The translations under genes and the position numbers were made by a program. DNA of 64,000 nucleotides from Podospora anserina (taxonomy: Eukaryota): assembly GCA_017654855.1 (NCBI GenBank), contig CM030333.1, positions 1,054,001-1,118,000 of the forward strand, given 5' to 3'. Below, one piece after another: positions 38,383 through 50,672 of the stretch; positions within the stretch are counted from its first letter, which is position 1; every line of letters starts with the position of its first letter. Under the pieces are notes generated by a model, which was not told the origin of the DNA, did no database searches, and was given only the letters and a program-made list of their open reading frames with translations.

Positions 38383-38559
38383 CACCCTCCCCACGAAATA
38401 GTTGATACAAACAAGTAGGTTAGCCCGTATGATATCAAAGATCATCAGTAGGCCTTTAAAGATATTTAAAAGGCCTATTGATCTGCTTTTAAGGTATAGT
38501 TGATAATAGAGTATAGGTTGACCTGCTTTTACTATGTCAACTATTTTGTCGTGAGGGTG
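38383..38559. mobile_element. AT-rich imperfect palindrome (~177 bp): degraded MITE or hairpin
   Basis: Outer arms CACCCTCCCCACGAAATAGTTGATA...AAGTAGGTTAGCCCGTAT vs rc CACCCTCACGACAAAATAGTTGACA...AAGCAGGTCAACCTATAC; inner stem ATCAGTAGGCCTTTAAA / TTTAAAAGGCCTATTGAT. Confidence 0.6.
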
Positions 38560-38847
38560 CCATTCAATACAAGGCAAGTTTCGTGACCCGCATCACCACC
38601 CTTGGCAACTTGACAACAAACCCACCCCAACAAAAAAATATAATCACAGAAAAAATTAAGTCGCATTCGTCCGCCCTCATCTCAAGAGCTGTGCCTGCCC
38701 CCCCTCTGAATCCAATCCTCAAGAGGGGAACAGGGTGGTATAATACTAATACAAAGAGATCCCAGCAGTACATCGCACAATCATTAAATCAGACAACAAC
38801 AACAACAACATCTAAACTCCCAGCCCCTCCCCAAAAGGAAAAAACAT

Positions 38848-39372
38848 CTAAAGCTTAGCCTTAGTCTGCGCCTTCTTAAGAATAGGATCCAGCTTGGTAG
38901 CCTTCATGACATCTCCCTTGATCTTGAGCTTGCCAGACATGAACAGTCTCTGCGCATTGGCCTTGCCGGCGACAAGAGCGCCAAAGTCGGCGTCGGAGAG
39001 GGAGAGGGTGACTATTTCCACACACCACACACATCAATAAACAATCCTTCCAATTTTTATTTTTTTCAGGGGTAAACATACCAGTAGGCTTCTCCCCAAG
39101 CCCCTTGCCAACAGCCCCCTTGTTCTTAAGATCAATGTGCCACTCGTCCGTCTCGCCAGCCTTGTTCTTGAGCACAAAGGCGAAAACGGCGTTGCCGGCC
39201 TTGATGGCCTCCTTGCGGTCGGCGTCGGAAGCAGAGATGGCCTGGTTGATCGCGTCAAAGGCGGCCGAGGAGGGAAATTTGTCTGTTTATTGTTAGCAAT
39301 CCAGTGTTGTTGTTGCGACACGACGTCGGGTAGCGCGGGAGCAGGGGATTGCGTACCGTTGGCGAGAGACAT
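38848..39372 (-). CDS. Peroxisomal sterol carrier protein 2 (SCP2) / lipid transfer protein (126 aa); introns 39283-39356, 39012-39081
   Basis: FPSSAAFDAI, WHIDLK, AQRLFMSGKLKIKGDVMKATKL; C-terminal PTS1 AKL. Confidence 0.93.
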
Positions 39373-39576
39373 GGTTGCGGTTTGTAGCGGTGATAATGAT
39401 GTATGAAAAGTTGTGTGAAAGTCGCGAGGTGAGATGATGGATGAAAGATTAAAAACAAAACCACCCCGGGAGAGAGAGAGAGAGAGAGAAAAGGCTTATA
39501 AGTTGTTCGGTCTTTCGGCGCACTTCTAGCGCTTCCTGTCTCCGGATGCGATGACGACTGTTACATGTGAACTCAA

Positions 39577-39582
39577 CCTCGG
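39577..39582. promoter_or_regulatory. Putative FarA/FarB-type element (CCTCGG)
   Basis: About 205 bp upstream of the SCP2 ATG. Confidence 0.5.
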
Positions 39583-40303
39583 CGCATTCTCTTTCAGGTC
39601 CAACAAGCCAAGCCCTCACGCGCCATGTGGCCCCAAACGGGAATCGGACCCATTACCCCACACCAGGGGATCTTGGCCTTGTTTTCCTCCTCCGTGATCA
39701 ACACTTTGCTCGCACTTTCACCAGTCATTAGTGTCGACGACTTGAGGATGAACTGCATGAACCCATTCCCGCGGCTAGGAATTTGTGTTTGTTCCCGAGT
39801 CCGTTTTGCAGGCATGTGCCTGGTTGAGCAGCTTTGCGTCGAGTCAATGTCAGGCACTACGGAGTAGCGCAGCATACGTTCCAAGTTTCAAACGGCCCGT
39901 TGCCAACGGTTTTTGACTGTCTTTTACCACGACATATCTTGACCAGGAGTGAGCTTTTCTGAGAGAGATATCGCCGATCTCTGTTTATCTTGCAGCTTCG
40001 CGGTTTACAAAGTAAAAAAGCACGTTAAGCCACTGGGAGGCAACCTACTAACGAAGACACACATCGTCAAATATCAAGCCCATCTCACTCAACCCACAGT
40101 CCAATCAAGTATAACTCCTCTAATATTGAGTCCCCCGTATTACAGAACCGACATACATATCAACACCAATCAGCAACAATATAAATCAAACTTCTCTTAT
40201 TCATTGTACCCCCCAACTATCCCTTCCCTAAACACACCCAAACCTTACAACATTAACAAGTATCCCTTACAAAAAAAAAAGACAAAGCTCTCCCAGAGAA
40301 TAA

Positions 40304-43300
40304 TCACCACTCCACCTCATCAGCCCCAACCAACCACAACCCGGCCACATCCTTCGCCAACCCCAACCTCAACCTTCTCATAATCTCCTTCCCCGCCGTA
40401 TTCCTCCCAATCCCCTCCCCAACCCTCCAATCCCACCCCCTCTTCACATTGCCAACCCCCCTTCCCCCGTTCCCACCACTCAAGCTCTTACTCAACTCAC
40501 TCACCACCCTCCCCATCCCACTTCCCGCACCAGCAAGCATCAAATTCCCCCCCTTGCCCTTCCCCAACAAATCCTCCGGCCTCCCCCCCTTCGCCAGTCC
40601 ACTCCCAGGCACATTCCCCAGCACCACCCTCAAAAACTCTTCACACGCCTCCTTGACCCTCTCCCCCACCGCCTCCAGGTCCTCAATCGCCTTGAGTATA
40701 GTGTCAATCTGATCCATGCTCAAGACCGGCTGGCTAGCCTGTCCAAAGTGAACGTTTGTATTAGACGGATCAGTCACAAACACCAGTGCCTCCCCGAGCA
40801 AAGCAAGAAGGAAGTCTTCCGAGACGATCCCATCGCGTGTTTGATCGTACAGACCGCCGCGGATGTTGTCGTCCGAACTGGCGATCACGCTGACCAGAGC
40901 AGTGGCGGCTTGCTGCTTCCGTGCAAAGGGGCTGATGTGGCCAGGGAGGGAGTCCTTGTTGTCTCTAATGTCGTAGAATTGTCTGAGGGAAGCATAACCG
41001 CTGAGCATCTTGCCGAGGAGCTCAGCACCTTCCATGTCTCTGGCTGCGAGGTCCTCGAGGGTTTTGTTCCTGTCGTTGAGGAGACGCTCGAGGTAGTTGT
41101 CTAGCTCCTGGGCAGGAGGGAAGGCGCAGGACTGGATGAGGGAGTAGGACAGCAAAAGGTTCATGACCTCGCGGACTTTGTTAGGGCGGTGAGCGAGAGC
41201 GTAGTACCACATTGCCTCGCCGTAGCGTTTCGAGTCGCGGGCGAGGACCTCACCAAAAGACTGCAAACGATGTTAGCATCAGTGGCAGACCACAAAGCAA
41301 GGCGAAAAAAACATACCTCAGCGGTGTCCTCAGCATAAGGAATCATCCCCAACTCATTCAACAAGCTCCACAGCTTATCCACCGTCCTGCTCGAGTCAAC
41401 ATGCAGCTTGTCAATCTGCTGCTGCACCAAGTCCTTCATCAGGTCCTCGCTGTACTCGGCAGAGTCCATCCTCCCCAGCACGTGAATGGCCAGCTCCCAT
41501 CCATCCCTGGTGACTCCATGAACCGCCACCTTGGAAAGCTCCTCAAACTCGGACAAGGCCCTGGCGTACTGGGCAAGGGTGCTATCCTTGATGCCATCAA
41601 CATCGTCCGGGCTCCCAGGATCGACACCCAGCACCTCCAGATCATCCATGTCCAGGTCATCAAACCCAAACACGCCCACCGGCCGGTGAGCTGGCAGCCA
41701 CTTGCCCAAGCTGGCAATCTCGGCCAGTGCAGTCGCGATCGGCAGCGACCATCCCCTCAGCAGCCCAATAACAGCCTTGACGTTATCCTCAAAGATGCAC
41801 GCCATCCCCAACTCAACCGGGTTCTGACTGTTGAAGTGGAAATCACTCTCCACCGCCGCGTGAAAGGCCCTCCCCAACCTATCCAAATAATTCCCATCCT
41901 CCACCCCCCTATCCCTCACAACCAAAGCCTGTGACCTCCCCATCTGGCTCCCCCTAAACCCCTTCCCACCCTCCCCCCCCTTCCTCTCCACCCTGCTCTC
42001 ATCCCACCACCCCAGCAACCCAACCGTAGCCTCCAGCCAGTCCTGCGCCGCCTCCATAATCGCCGCCTTCTCCCCCAGCACAATGTCAAAAACAATATTC
42101 AGATTCTCATAAATCTCCCACGGCACTTTGCTCTCCGCCCGTCTCGCCATCCCCCCAAAACTCTCTTTGTTACTCCCCAGGCTCCCCCCAAATTCCCCCT
42201 CATCACTCCCCTCCGCGAACCGCCTCAACAACTCCAAACTCGCCCTCGCCCTCACCCTAAACAGCTCCCACTCCCCCCCATAAATCTCCCAACCCCCCCC
42301 CACCCCCGGACACCCCTCCAAAACACTCACCAGCTCCCCCACCGCCCTGTCCACATTCTCCAGCGCCCTCTCCGTGTAGGCATACTCCCTATTCACCCCC
42401 CTCACAGCCTCCCACCCGGCATTCGCCAGCAGCGCCACCGCATCCTCCACCTTCCCCCTCAGCAAGCTCACAAAAACCGCCTGCCAGAACAGCCCGTGGC
42501 ACGCCGGGCTGGGGTTGTGCGCCAAAATCTCCTCCGTCTGGTTCTGGTACATATCATGATACTCCTCCAGCCACTGAAACATCGTCTGCGGCAGCGGCTC
42601 CGCCATCCCCTCCTCATATCTCGTGTGGTGGATCCGCAGCGCCAGATTAGCCAAATAGTTTGCCTTTTCAAACGTGGTCGCATGCGGGCCGGGCCCTATC
42701 TCGACCGGATGCTCCTCGTACGGCCTCGGCAGCTTGTTCGCGTAGTCCCTCCACAGCTCCGCCACGCCGCCCGCAACCTCGGCGAGGACGTCGTCCATCT
42801 TCTCGGGGTTTTCCCCCTCCTCGCCAACGCCCTCGTCGTAGAGCTTCTCGATGAGGTTCTCCGTGTTGAGGATGATCTGTGGAGTTTCATTGATTTCGGC
42901 GGTGCCCATCCGGCTGTAGGCATCCTTGGCCAAAGCCGCAAAGCGGAATTCCTTTGGTTTGGTGAAGCCGCTTGGACCGACAGACGACCGGGCAGTAGCA
43001 CGGAAGATGTTCTCCGCGTCCATACGAGCTCTCTCGGTGGCAGCGGGTGTGGCGAACATGAGCAGATCAGACTCATCACCTACTTGGGCTCGCTTAGCAG
43101 CAGCAGCCGCGTTCATATCCAACCACATGTCGGTGTCGCCTTCGTCATCCTCACTATCAGACTCTGGAACGGCGAAACCTCTAGTTGGCGCCGTGGTTCC
43201 CGCATTGCTCGTGGTCGTGGGGGCAACCTGAGTTCTCTTGGCGGTAGGAAGAACCGGCTCCTCGACTTCTTCAGCGATGTCCTCTTCCTCTGAAGCGAAC

Positions 43301-44532
43301 TCCTCGGCCATGACGCTGCGGCTCAGTTTGCTAGGTCGTCTGGTGTGGTGCTGCCCGATGGCGGATCTGCCTCCGAGAGATGGCTTGGGAGCAGCACCTC
43401 CAAACAATGGCTTTGGGGGAGCCTGAGGCTGCTTGGGAGCAGCAAACATGTTTGAGGATGGGGCCTGGGGCTTTGGCTGTGCGAAGAGACTGGCGGGGGG
43501 CTTTTCTTGATATTGGTTTGCAAATAGGCTCGAGGGTGGTTTCTCCTGAGCCTGGTTGGCAAATAGACTAGAGGGCGGCTTCTCCTGTGACTGGTTCGCA
43601 AAAAGACTCGCAGGAGGCTTGTCCTGAGCTGGCTTCGCAAATAGGCTGGCAGGAGGCTTATCCTGAGGAGGCCGTGAAAACAAGCTAGAAGCTGGCTTCT
43701 CCTGGCTCGGTGGTGGTTGCGAGAAAAGGCTCGAAGGCGGCTTCTCCTGCGGTTTTGTCCCAAATAAATTATCCGATTTGCTCGTAAAGAGACCAGACGG
43801 AGCCTTAGTCTCCTTTGCCTCTTGCCCAAACGAACCCGAAGGGGCCTTATCGGCAGCTGGCTTGGCAAAGAGACTGGAAGGTGGCTCCTCCTGAGCTTTC
43901 TCCTCCTGCGGGTTCGTCGAAAATAACCCTCCCGTCGAAGGCTTTACCTGGCCCGTGTTAGTGTTAAACATGCCCCCTCCATTCCCAAAGAGCCCCGACA
44001 CCGGCTTATCCGTCGTCGTCGTCGTCGTCGTCTGCGAAAACAACCCACCCTCCACCTTCTCCCCCCCCTCCTCCTTCCTCCCCCCCGCCTGCCCAAACAA
44101 ACTCTTCCCCTGCCCCCCAAACATCTTATTCCCCCCCACCCCACCACCACCACCACCACCCAACCCCTTCACCTCAGGCGTCTTATCCCCCCCAATACTA
44201 CTCCCAAAGCTCAGACTAAAATCATTCTTCTTCTCTTTGTTATCCCCCCCACCACCAGTAAACAACCCCCTTCCCCCCCCTCCCATAACCGAACTAGCCA
44301 TATACCTCGGCTGCCCCGCCGGCGTAAAACTACCCGCAGTATCAATCCCGCTACTAGCAAACTCAGGATGTTCCTCCTTGAATTTACCACCAAAACCACC
44401 ACCGCCCGCGTTGTTTGAAGAAACAGACTCCCCAAACAGACTATCCCCAAAACTCGAAAAATTCTTTTTATTCACCCGAGCGTTGGGGCTCCCAGGCGGG
44501 GAGGACGACTCTGGGAGGCGGAAGCCCGACAT
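40304..44532 (-). CDS. NUP85: Nucleoporin Nup85 with long low-complexity FG/SLF-repeat N-terminus (~1390 aa); intron 41261-41316
   Basis: Nup85-like helical core (FWQAVFVSLLRGKVEDA, DWLEATVGLLGWWDE, GWELAIHVLGR, YGEAMWYYALA) after a repeat-rich N-terminus. Confidence 0.85.
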
Positions 44533-45671
44533 GGTAGCTAGTTGTCGGGCGGGTGCTTCCCTTGTCAAATTGTGATGCGGTGATTCGGGGGTGGTGTTGA
44601 TAAAGAAGTCGTGATCGAGTAGAAGTCGGTTTGTATTTTGCGATGGAACGATGTCGCTCGCGCAAGTCGCAATGTTACGTTTGTTGAGCTTTTCCTATGA
44701 TGAAAGTCGACTCAATTTTCGTCGTGAAAATAAATCGACTCGTATCTCAATTGTCGCCGCTGACAAAAAGAAAAAGAAAAGAAAGGTATCGCGACAAAAG
44801 TCGGGTCGGGGTCGGCGATTGGTTGTTGTTTATGGTTGAAGAAAGATGGAAAGCTACCCCAAATGGTTACAGCAGGGAGAAAGCTTCAGCACGCACTTCT
44901 TACTTCCAAGCCAGTGGTCTGGGGCACAGACCCAACCCGACGCGACTTTTTTGCCCAGGGCAGCAGCAGCCAGCGCGCCTCGCTCATCAGCCGGCAAGTT
45001 CCGCACCACTTTTTGGCTTCACCACTTCTTGGCATTATCAACTCCTCCTCAACATCAAACATCTTCTCCAGAATGTATATTCTCGCTATAATGCTAATCT
45101 CTCTCTCTTTCTCCCTCCCTCTCTCTCTCTCTCTCTCTCTTTCAAAAAAAAAAAAGGTATCAACTTTCTCCCATTCGTACACTTGTGCCCCAGCCCTCCC
45201 CCACATTTCATCAAATATTATATTTACATCCCATTCCCATCCATCCCATCACATCACAACCTCTCTCTCCTAGCGCTTCGTCACCCAGAAACCTCATATT
45301 ACACATCACCAAAAATACACACCCACATGAAAAAGACATGCCACAAACATAACAAGAGACGACACAAACAGGCTTCCAAAGGACATGATAGAATACTGCA
45401 AATCGGCCGTCACAAAAAAAACTTGGCACAAAATTCTCCTCTTCCTTGACCCCCAACTCCTGCGTCAAGACCATCCCAAACACTCGCACCCCCCTCATTG
45501 TTATCATATCATGTATCACTCTTTCGCTAACCTCAACAAAAGAAAATCTCCCTCAGGCGCAATCGATCGTTTGACCGTGGGTATTTTGGGCAAAGCACTT
45601 TGTAAAAACATGCGCCGCCGCGACGGCAGCGAGTGAAACTGATGCGGGCTCAGTCGTCTCCCAAGCTCCAA

Positions 45672-48600
45672 CTAGGCACTCTGGGGCACTGAATCCTTTT
45701 CTGAACCGAAGCTGGCAAACCTTCCCGGCGCGCGGGCACTGTCGGGATGGGGTTGCAAGCCAAACTTTCCCATGCCGGAAACTCCACTGTCTGCCTCGCT
45801 GTAGGTGATTCCGAGACCATTCTTTTCCTTGTCGGCCGCTCGTTTCTCGGCCTCGCCGTTCTCCCCGTTGTTGCGAGCGTTCTCGTCCAGGCCCATGAGT
45901 GCTGGTGGTCTGTGACGCATCTGCCGCGCCTTGGCCAGTGAGATCGTCTTTTGCTGGTATGTCGTCGTTATGGGCTGCGTGTCGTCGCGATCGATGGTGG
46001 CCTTCATGAGAGCGGCCATCCACAGCCGGCCCTGCTTGATGTTGGGTACCGCAAAATAATGGACGGTTGGCTTGGTGAAAGTAACCGCGCGGGAGAGACC
46101 AGCGCGAGGTGGTACAAGCTTGAAAATAAAGATCGAATCTGGGCCCTCGGAAGTTGGATCACGCTCTGCATCACTGGCGGCAAGAGTGTGAATCTGGCTT
46201 CCGGCGGGAATGGCTGGCGAGTTGGTAGCACCGGTCAAGGTAGCGTGGAGCCCGGTGAGCTTCTCGTTATCGGCAGGCAGAACGCGGTGGAATGAAATAT
46301 CGATCAGGCCCTTCTCCTGGTCATCGTCCTCCGAGTAGTAGTACGCGAGACGTCTCCCCTTGAGAACAAACAGACGAGGCTTCCAGGTCGTCATGAGATT
46401 GGCGCTCCGCTTCTTCATCCAGCCGCTGTAATCAGCAGTCTTCATGGCCTCCTGCGGCGTAATCTTTTGCAGACCACGAGTGTACGCGCTCGTCTCCTTC
46501 TTGGTCTTCTTGCGGCTGCCGCGGCTTGCTTGTGTCGTGGCCGTGCTAGGACTCTTGGTGGCATCGGCAGAGTCCATCTCGAAGCTCGGGCCAACCGAAG
46601 GGGTACTAGATCCTGTCCGGGCTGGCGAGTACATTGGCGAGTCCTTGAGCGGTGAATCCAGAGGTGACAGTTTCGCCTTTTCGTTTCCTGTGATGGCATC
46701 CGAAGCTGCCCTCAACCCTCCCAACCCGCTGCGCAGCATCATGCTGACGTTAAAGTCGGGGTGGTTGACTTGGCTGAGGCGCTTCATGGCGTTGACGGAT
46801 TTTGGCGATGATCGAGATGCTTCTGACGTATTGCTGTCGAGCCGGGTGACGGTGGGGTTCATGGACTCCTTCAAGCTCCCCGAAGTTTGGCGCATCGAAT
46901 CGGTGGTTATTGTCGAAGGTGTGCGCTTGTTCAGGCCATAATACTTTTGGGCGGCAGCCGACACGGATGATTCGCGCACCGAGTCCACACTCCCAAACCT
47001 TGAGTGCCTAGACAAGGCGGTTGCGCTCCTGACACGCTGCTCTTCGGCGTAGCTCGTCTTGGGTGAGGTGCGTCCAGCCTGCACACTGTCGCGCTTCTTG
47101 AGCACATTTCTCTTCCGGGGGTCGGCGTCGGTGCCGGAAAAGTAACCACGGTCCAGGTCGACTGCTGAATCTTGCAGTTCTGCTCCGGGCTCCGAAGACT
47201 CTCGGACGCCGGCCGAGGACAGAGGTCTTTGCTGGAAAGACGACGACGAAGTAGCGCCACCCAACGTCCAGTTTCTATCAAAGGACGGTTGCTTCTTATG
47301 GGCCGTCTGCTGTTGGGGAAACGTGCTGGTGGAGGCAGGTTTGGTGGGTGCACCGGTAGGGCCCGCGATCCGGAAATCCGTCGACGAGTGGCGGCGCGAG
47401 TGATGCAAATCTCGGATTGACGCAGCAGAGGGGCGTTTGTCGTGGTACGTGCGGCCGGGCGAATCTACCAAGGGCGATACGGGTGATACGGGCTCATACG
47501 GCTCAATCTTGGGTGTTTGTGACAAACGTCGCGCATGGGGCGACATGTTGGACTCCTGGGTTGAATTGTACCGCTGTGGCCCCGAGCTCGTGATGGTGTT
47601 GGTCCTGCTTCGCATCCTCCCTACATCAGACCCGGCCTCGCTCCCGTATGTCTGAGTTGTCCTCCCTGTGCTCGTCCCCAAACCGTTGGCTTCGTCCTGG
47701 AGCTGCTTGATCTTTTGCCACGTCTTGAGCCGCCTTCCTACCGAGCCCAAGTCGAGGGCCTTGATGAATACCGAGGTCTGATCCATTCCCAAAAGCACCT
47801 CTCCCGTGATTTCCTGGTCCCGAAATACCTCGCAGTGGTGCTTCTCGACACCAACCGTGAACAAATATTCAGCGACCTGATCTGCGTTCCACGATTCGAC
47901 CTCGAATCGAGAGTGCACCGTCTCTTCCTCTTCGTCTGTTTCCTCGCCCTGGATATACGAGATGCGGTGGCCGACGTGAGAGCTGTACTCGCTGCCCGAA
48001 TCATTAGCCCTGTGCCCCTGGCCGCCATCGGGGGATCTCAGGTCGGTGATGTGTTCGTTGATGACATTGAGTGTTTCGTGCAAAACATAGCTGTCGGTGC
48101 TAGCGTTGGGCCGTATCGAGTCCAGGCCAGATGCTGCGCCGGTCGGCAGACTGCTAGAGAACGGAGGAGGGCTTATCGTAGGGGGAGCAAGCGTATTCAG
48201 CGAGCTCGGTGGGAGCTGAGCGGGTATTGGCTTCGGTGCGCTTTTTGTATCCTCTGCAGGGTGGGCTAGGGGCGTCGCATGCTCGTTATCTTCGGCTAGG
48301 GGGGTCAGTGGTGGCTTCGATGCGTTAGAAAACGATGTGTTGGTTGTGACGACAGCTTTCGGTGCTGGTCGGGTGTAGACTGTTGACACGTCAGCCTGAG
48401 TTTTGCGAAACCAGGCTCTCCCTTCTCGACCTACCCTCAGGGAACAAGCCGCTGTTGTTGTTGACCAAATGTCGGCCCAAGTACCATCCATCGCCAAACT
48501 CGTCGTCGCGCTCGAGCAGCTCCACGCGCTCGCCCTTTACCAAGCTCAACTCGTCAGAACTGCGGGCTACAAAGTCGTCTGTATCGCGAGAGAGTCAGCG

Positions 48601-48693
48601 ATGGTTCTATATACCTTGGTTCAGGGGCAGGCATGGCATACGGATGACAAGCAGAATGTCGCCAATCTCGGGCTTCGCATTGTGAGCCGCCAT
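45672..48693 (-). CDS. BOI1: Boi1/Boi2/Pob1-type polarity scaffold, SH3-SAM-PH (967 aa); introns 48579-48641, 48380-48434
   Basis: Splicing builds an SH3 domain (HDFVARSSDELSLVKGERVELLERDDEFGDGWYLG...GLFPEVYT) that the ORF track misses; SAM domain (WNADQVAEYL...FRDQEITGEVLL); PH domain (YSGWMKKR...WKPRLFVLKGRRLAYY). Confidence 0.92.
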
Positions 48694-50435
48694 TGTGCGT
48701 ACCGGGGGTGGCAGCCCGATCGCTGCGCGCGTTGCGGTTGCGTGTAGGTGCTGAAGAGCAAATGTTCAAAAGCGACGACGGCCCAAAAAACACAAACCCC
48801 GGAGAAAAAGAAAGGCGTCAGAGTCGGCGCTGAAGGAGGGGCGGCAGTCGAGAACTGAAAAATCACGGGCGGGATGCCCCGAAATAAAGGTCGAGTAGTA
48901 AGTAGGGGACCTGGGGGGTGGTGACCTCCAAGACCTCTTGGAAGGTGGGCGGCGGCCAAATGAGGCCGGCTGGAGCCAGGCTGCCGTAGAATCCAATGCA
49001 GTGGCAGTACAGCAGATCACAGAGATCACAGATATGCGGTGTTCTTAGCAACGCCGTGGTCTTTCGGCATCCATGATCTCTTGTTGTTAAACTCTTCTAT
49101 TTCGGTGGCGGTACCTATATGTGTAGGTCCCGTCTCCGGAGTAGAAGACCACGTATTGGGAGAGGGGGAGGGTGGTAGGTATCGGGCTGAAGCGTCGGCG
49201 GCGTGGATGCAGGTTCCGAGATCTGATTGGGGGAGAAGCAATTAAACGGGCGCAAAAGGTTGGGCAGAGTGTGGGCTTCTTCCAGACCTTCTGCCGGGGG
49301 GGGCACAGCGCACGCCGACGGAGGACCAAGCGGCGGGAGGGGTGAACAGAAGTGTACCAGAAGTATCAGAGCCAGAGAAGCTGTGACGGTTGGCTTCCGA
49401 TGATGACAGATGACAATTCAAGAACTTGAGCAAGCAAAAGAAAAAGGTACGTCCGTACAGATAACCAAATGGACCAGGGGAAGGGGCGACAGCGAGATGC
49501 TCCCGCAGTCCACAAAAAAGCCGCCAAGACTAACGTAGCGCTCGCAATGGATGGGTAATTCTTTTGGCAGTAGCGCCGCTCCCGTTACGACGTTTACGGT
49601 GTACCTACTGTGTATGGTCTTACAATTAAATCTATCTGGCACAGTCTTTTTGTTGAGATATTAGTACAGATGGTCACATTCCCGGCCTCCTACCGCAGCA
49701 ACAGTTTGTGTCACCCAAACCCTCTCTCTTCCTTGAATGTTTGTCTCTTCATAGGTGTCAGGACCTTTTCTCTCAAGAGGAAGCGCCACCCTTGGCGGAC
49801 CGTTCTCTCCCGCCGTCACAGTCGCCCGCCAGCATTACAGCATGCCTTTTCCCTGTTGAGCATGCAGTGTGCAGGATTGCAGCAGAAACACGTGTGTGGG
49901 GACAGGGGTTCTTAGAGTGGGCTACGAAAGGTCCATTCAATCATACATATATATCTCGAACTCGAAACCAGACTGATGTGGTTCCTGTATGGATCATTAT
50001 CACAGCTCTTCAGTAATATGCGAATGACTCGGACAGCCAAAACCGGAACTTGTCACACAATGCCAAAGATCGACTTACGAGTCTCTACTTCTTACCGGCC
50101 TCTTTGGTGGTCACAACGTCAAAGCCGCCAAGCTTCAGCCTCAAGCGCGACCAAAGATTCCGAGTTGACAGGATGCATGCCGAGCTGACAGTCAGTCAGC
50201 CTCGACCTCTCCAAGTGTTTCAAAGATCTTCACATTTCACATGTTTGTTATCAAAATCGAGGGTCTCATTTTGTGGAGACATTTCACAACACACCCCGCT
50301 GAAGCCCAGTTGCGGGCCTTGACCTCTTAGCGACCGGTTAATGAACCCCAGATTCGGCGCCGGCCCAGCTTCCCGTCTTTGGGGTAGCTCCCTCACCTGT
50401 GGTAGACGAACCCCGAGCTGTCCGTCTTCCGTGTG

Positions 50436-50441
50436 CCGAGG
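50436..50441. promoter_or_regulatory. Putative FarA/FarB-type element (CCGAGG)
   Basis: About 232 bp upstream of the dienoyl-CoA isomerase ATG. Confidence 0.5.
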
Positions 50442-50672
50442 CATCTTTTGTCTTGGGGCCAGTCTGGTGATGTAGTCTCCGTATGCCATCATAGCTGACA
50501 GCTACAATTCATTGACGTTTCTCATCAAACAACGACACTATTTGCGGCACCGAACTGAATCATCTTACTTCTCTGCTGTTATTCCATTTCATCGCGCCGC
50601 CCACTTACACCCCGGGTCCATCACCACCACTTCCAGCTCACCCAGCACTGACCACCACCCCAACCACCAAAA

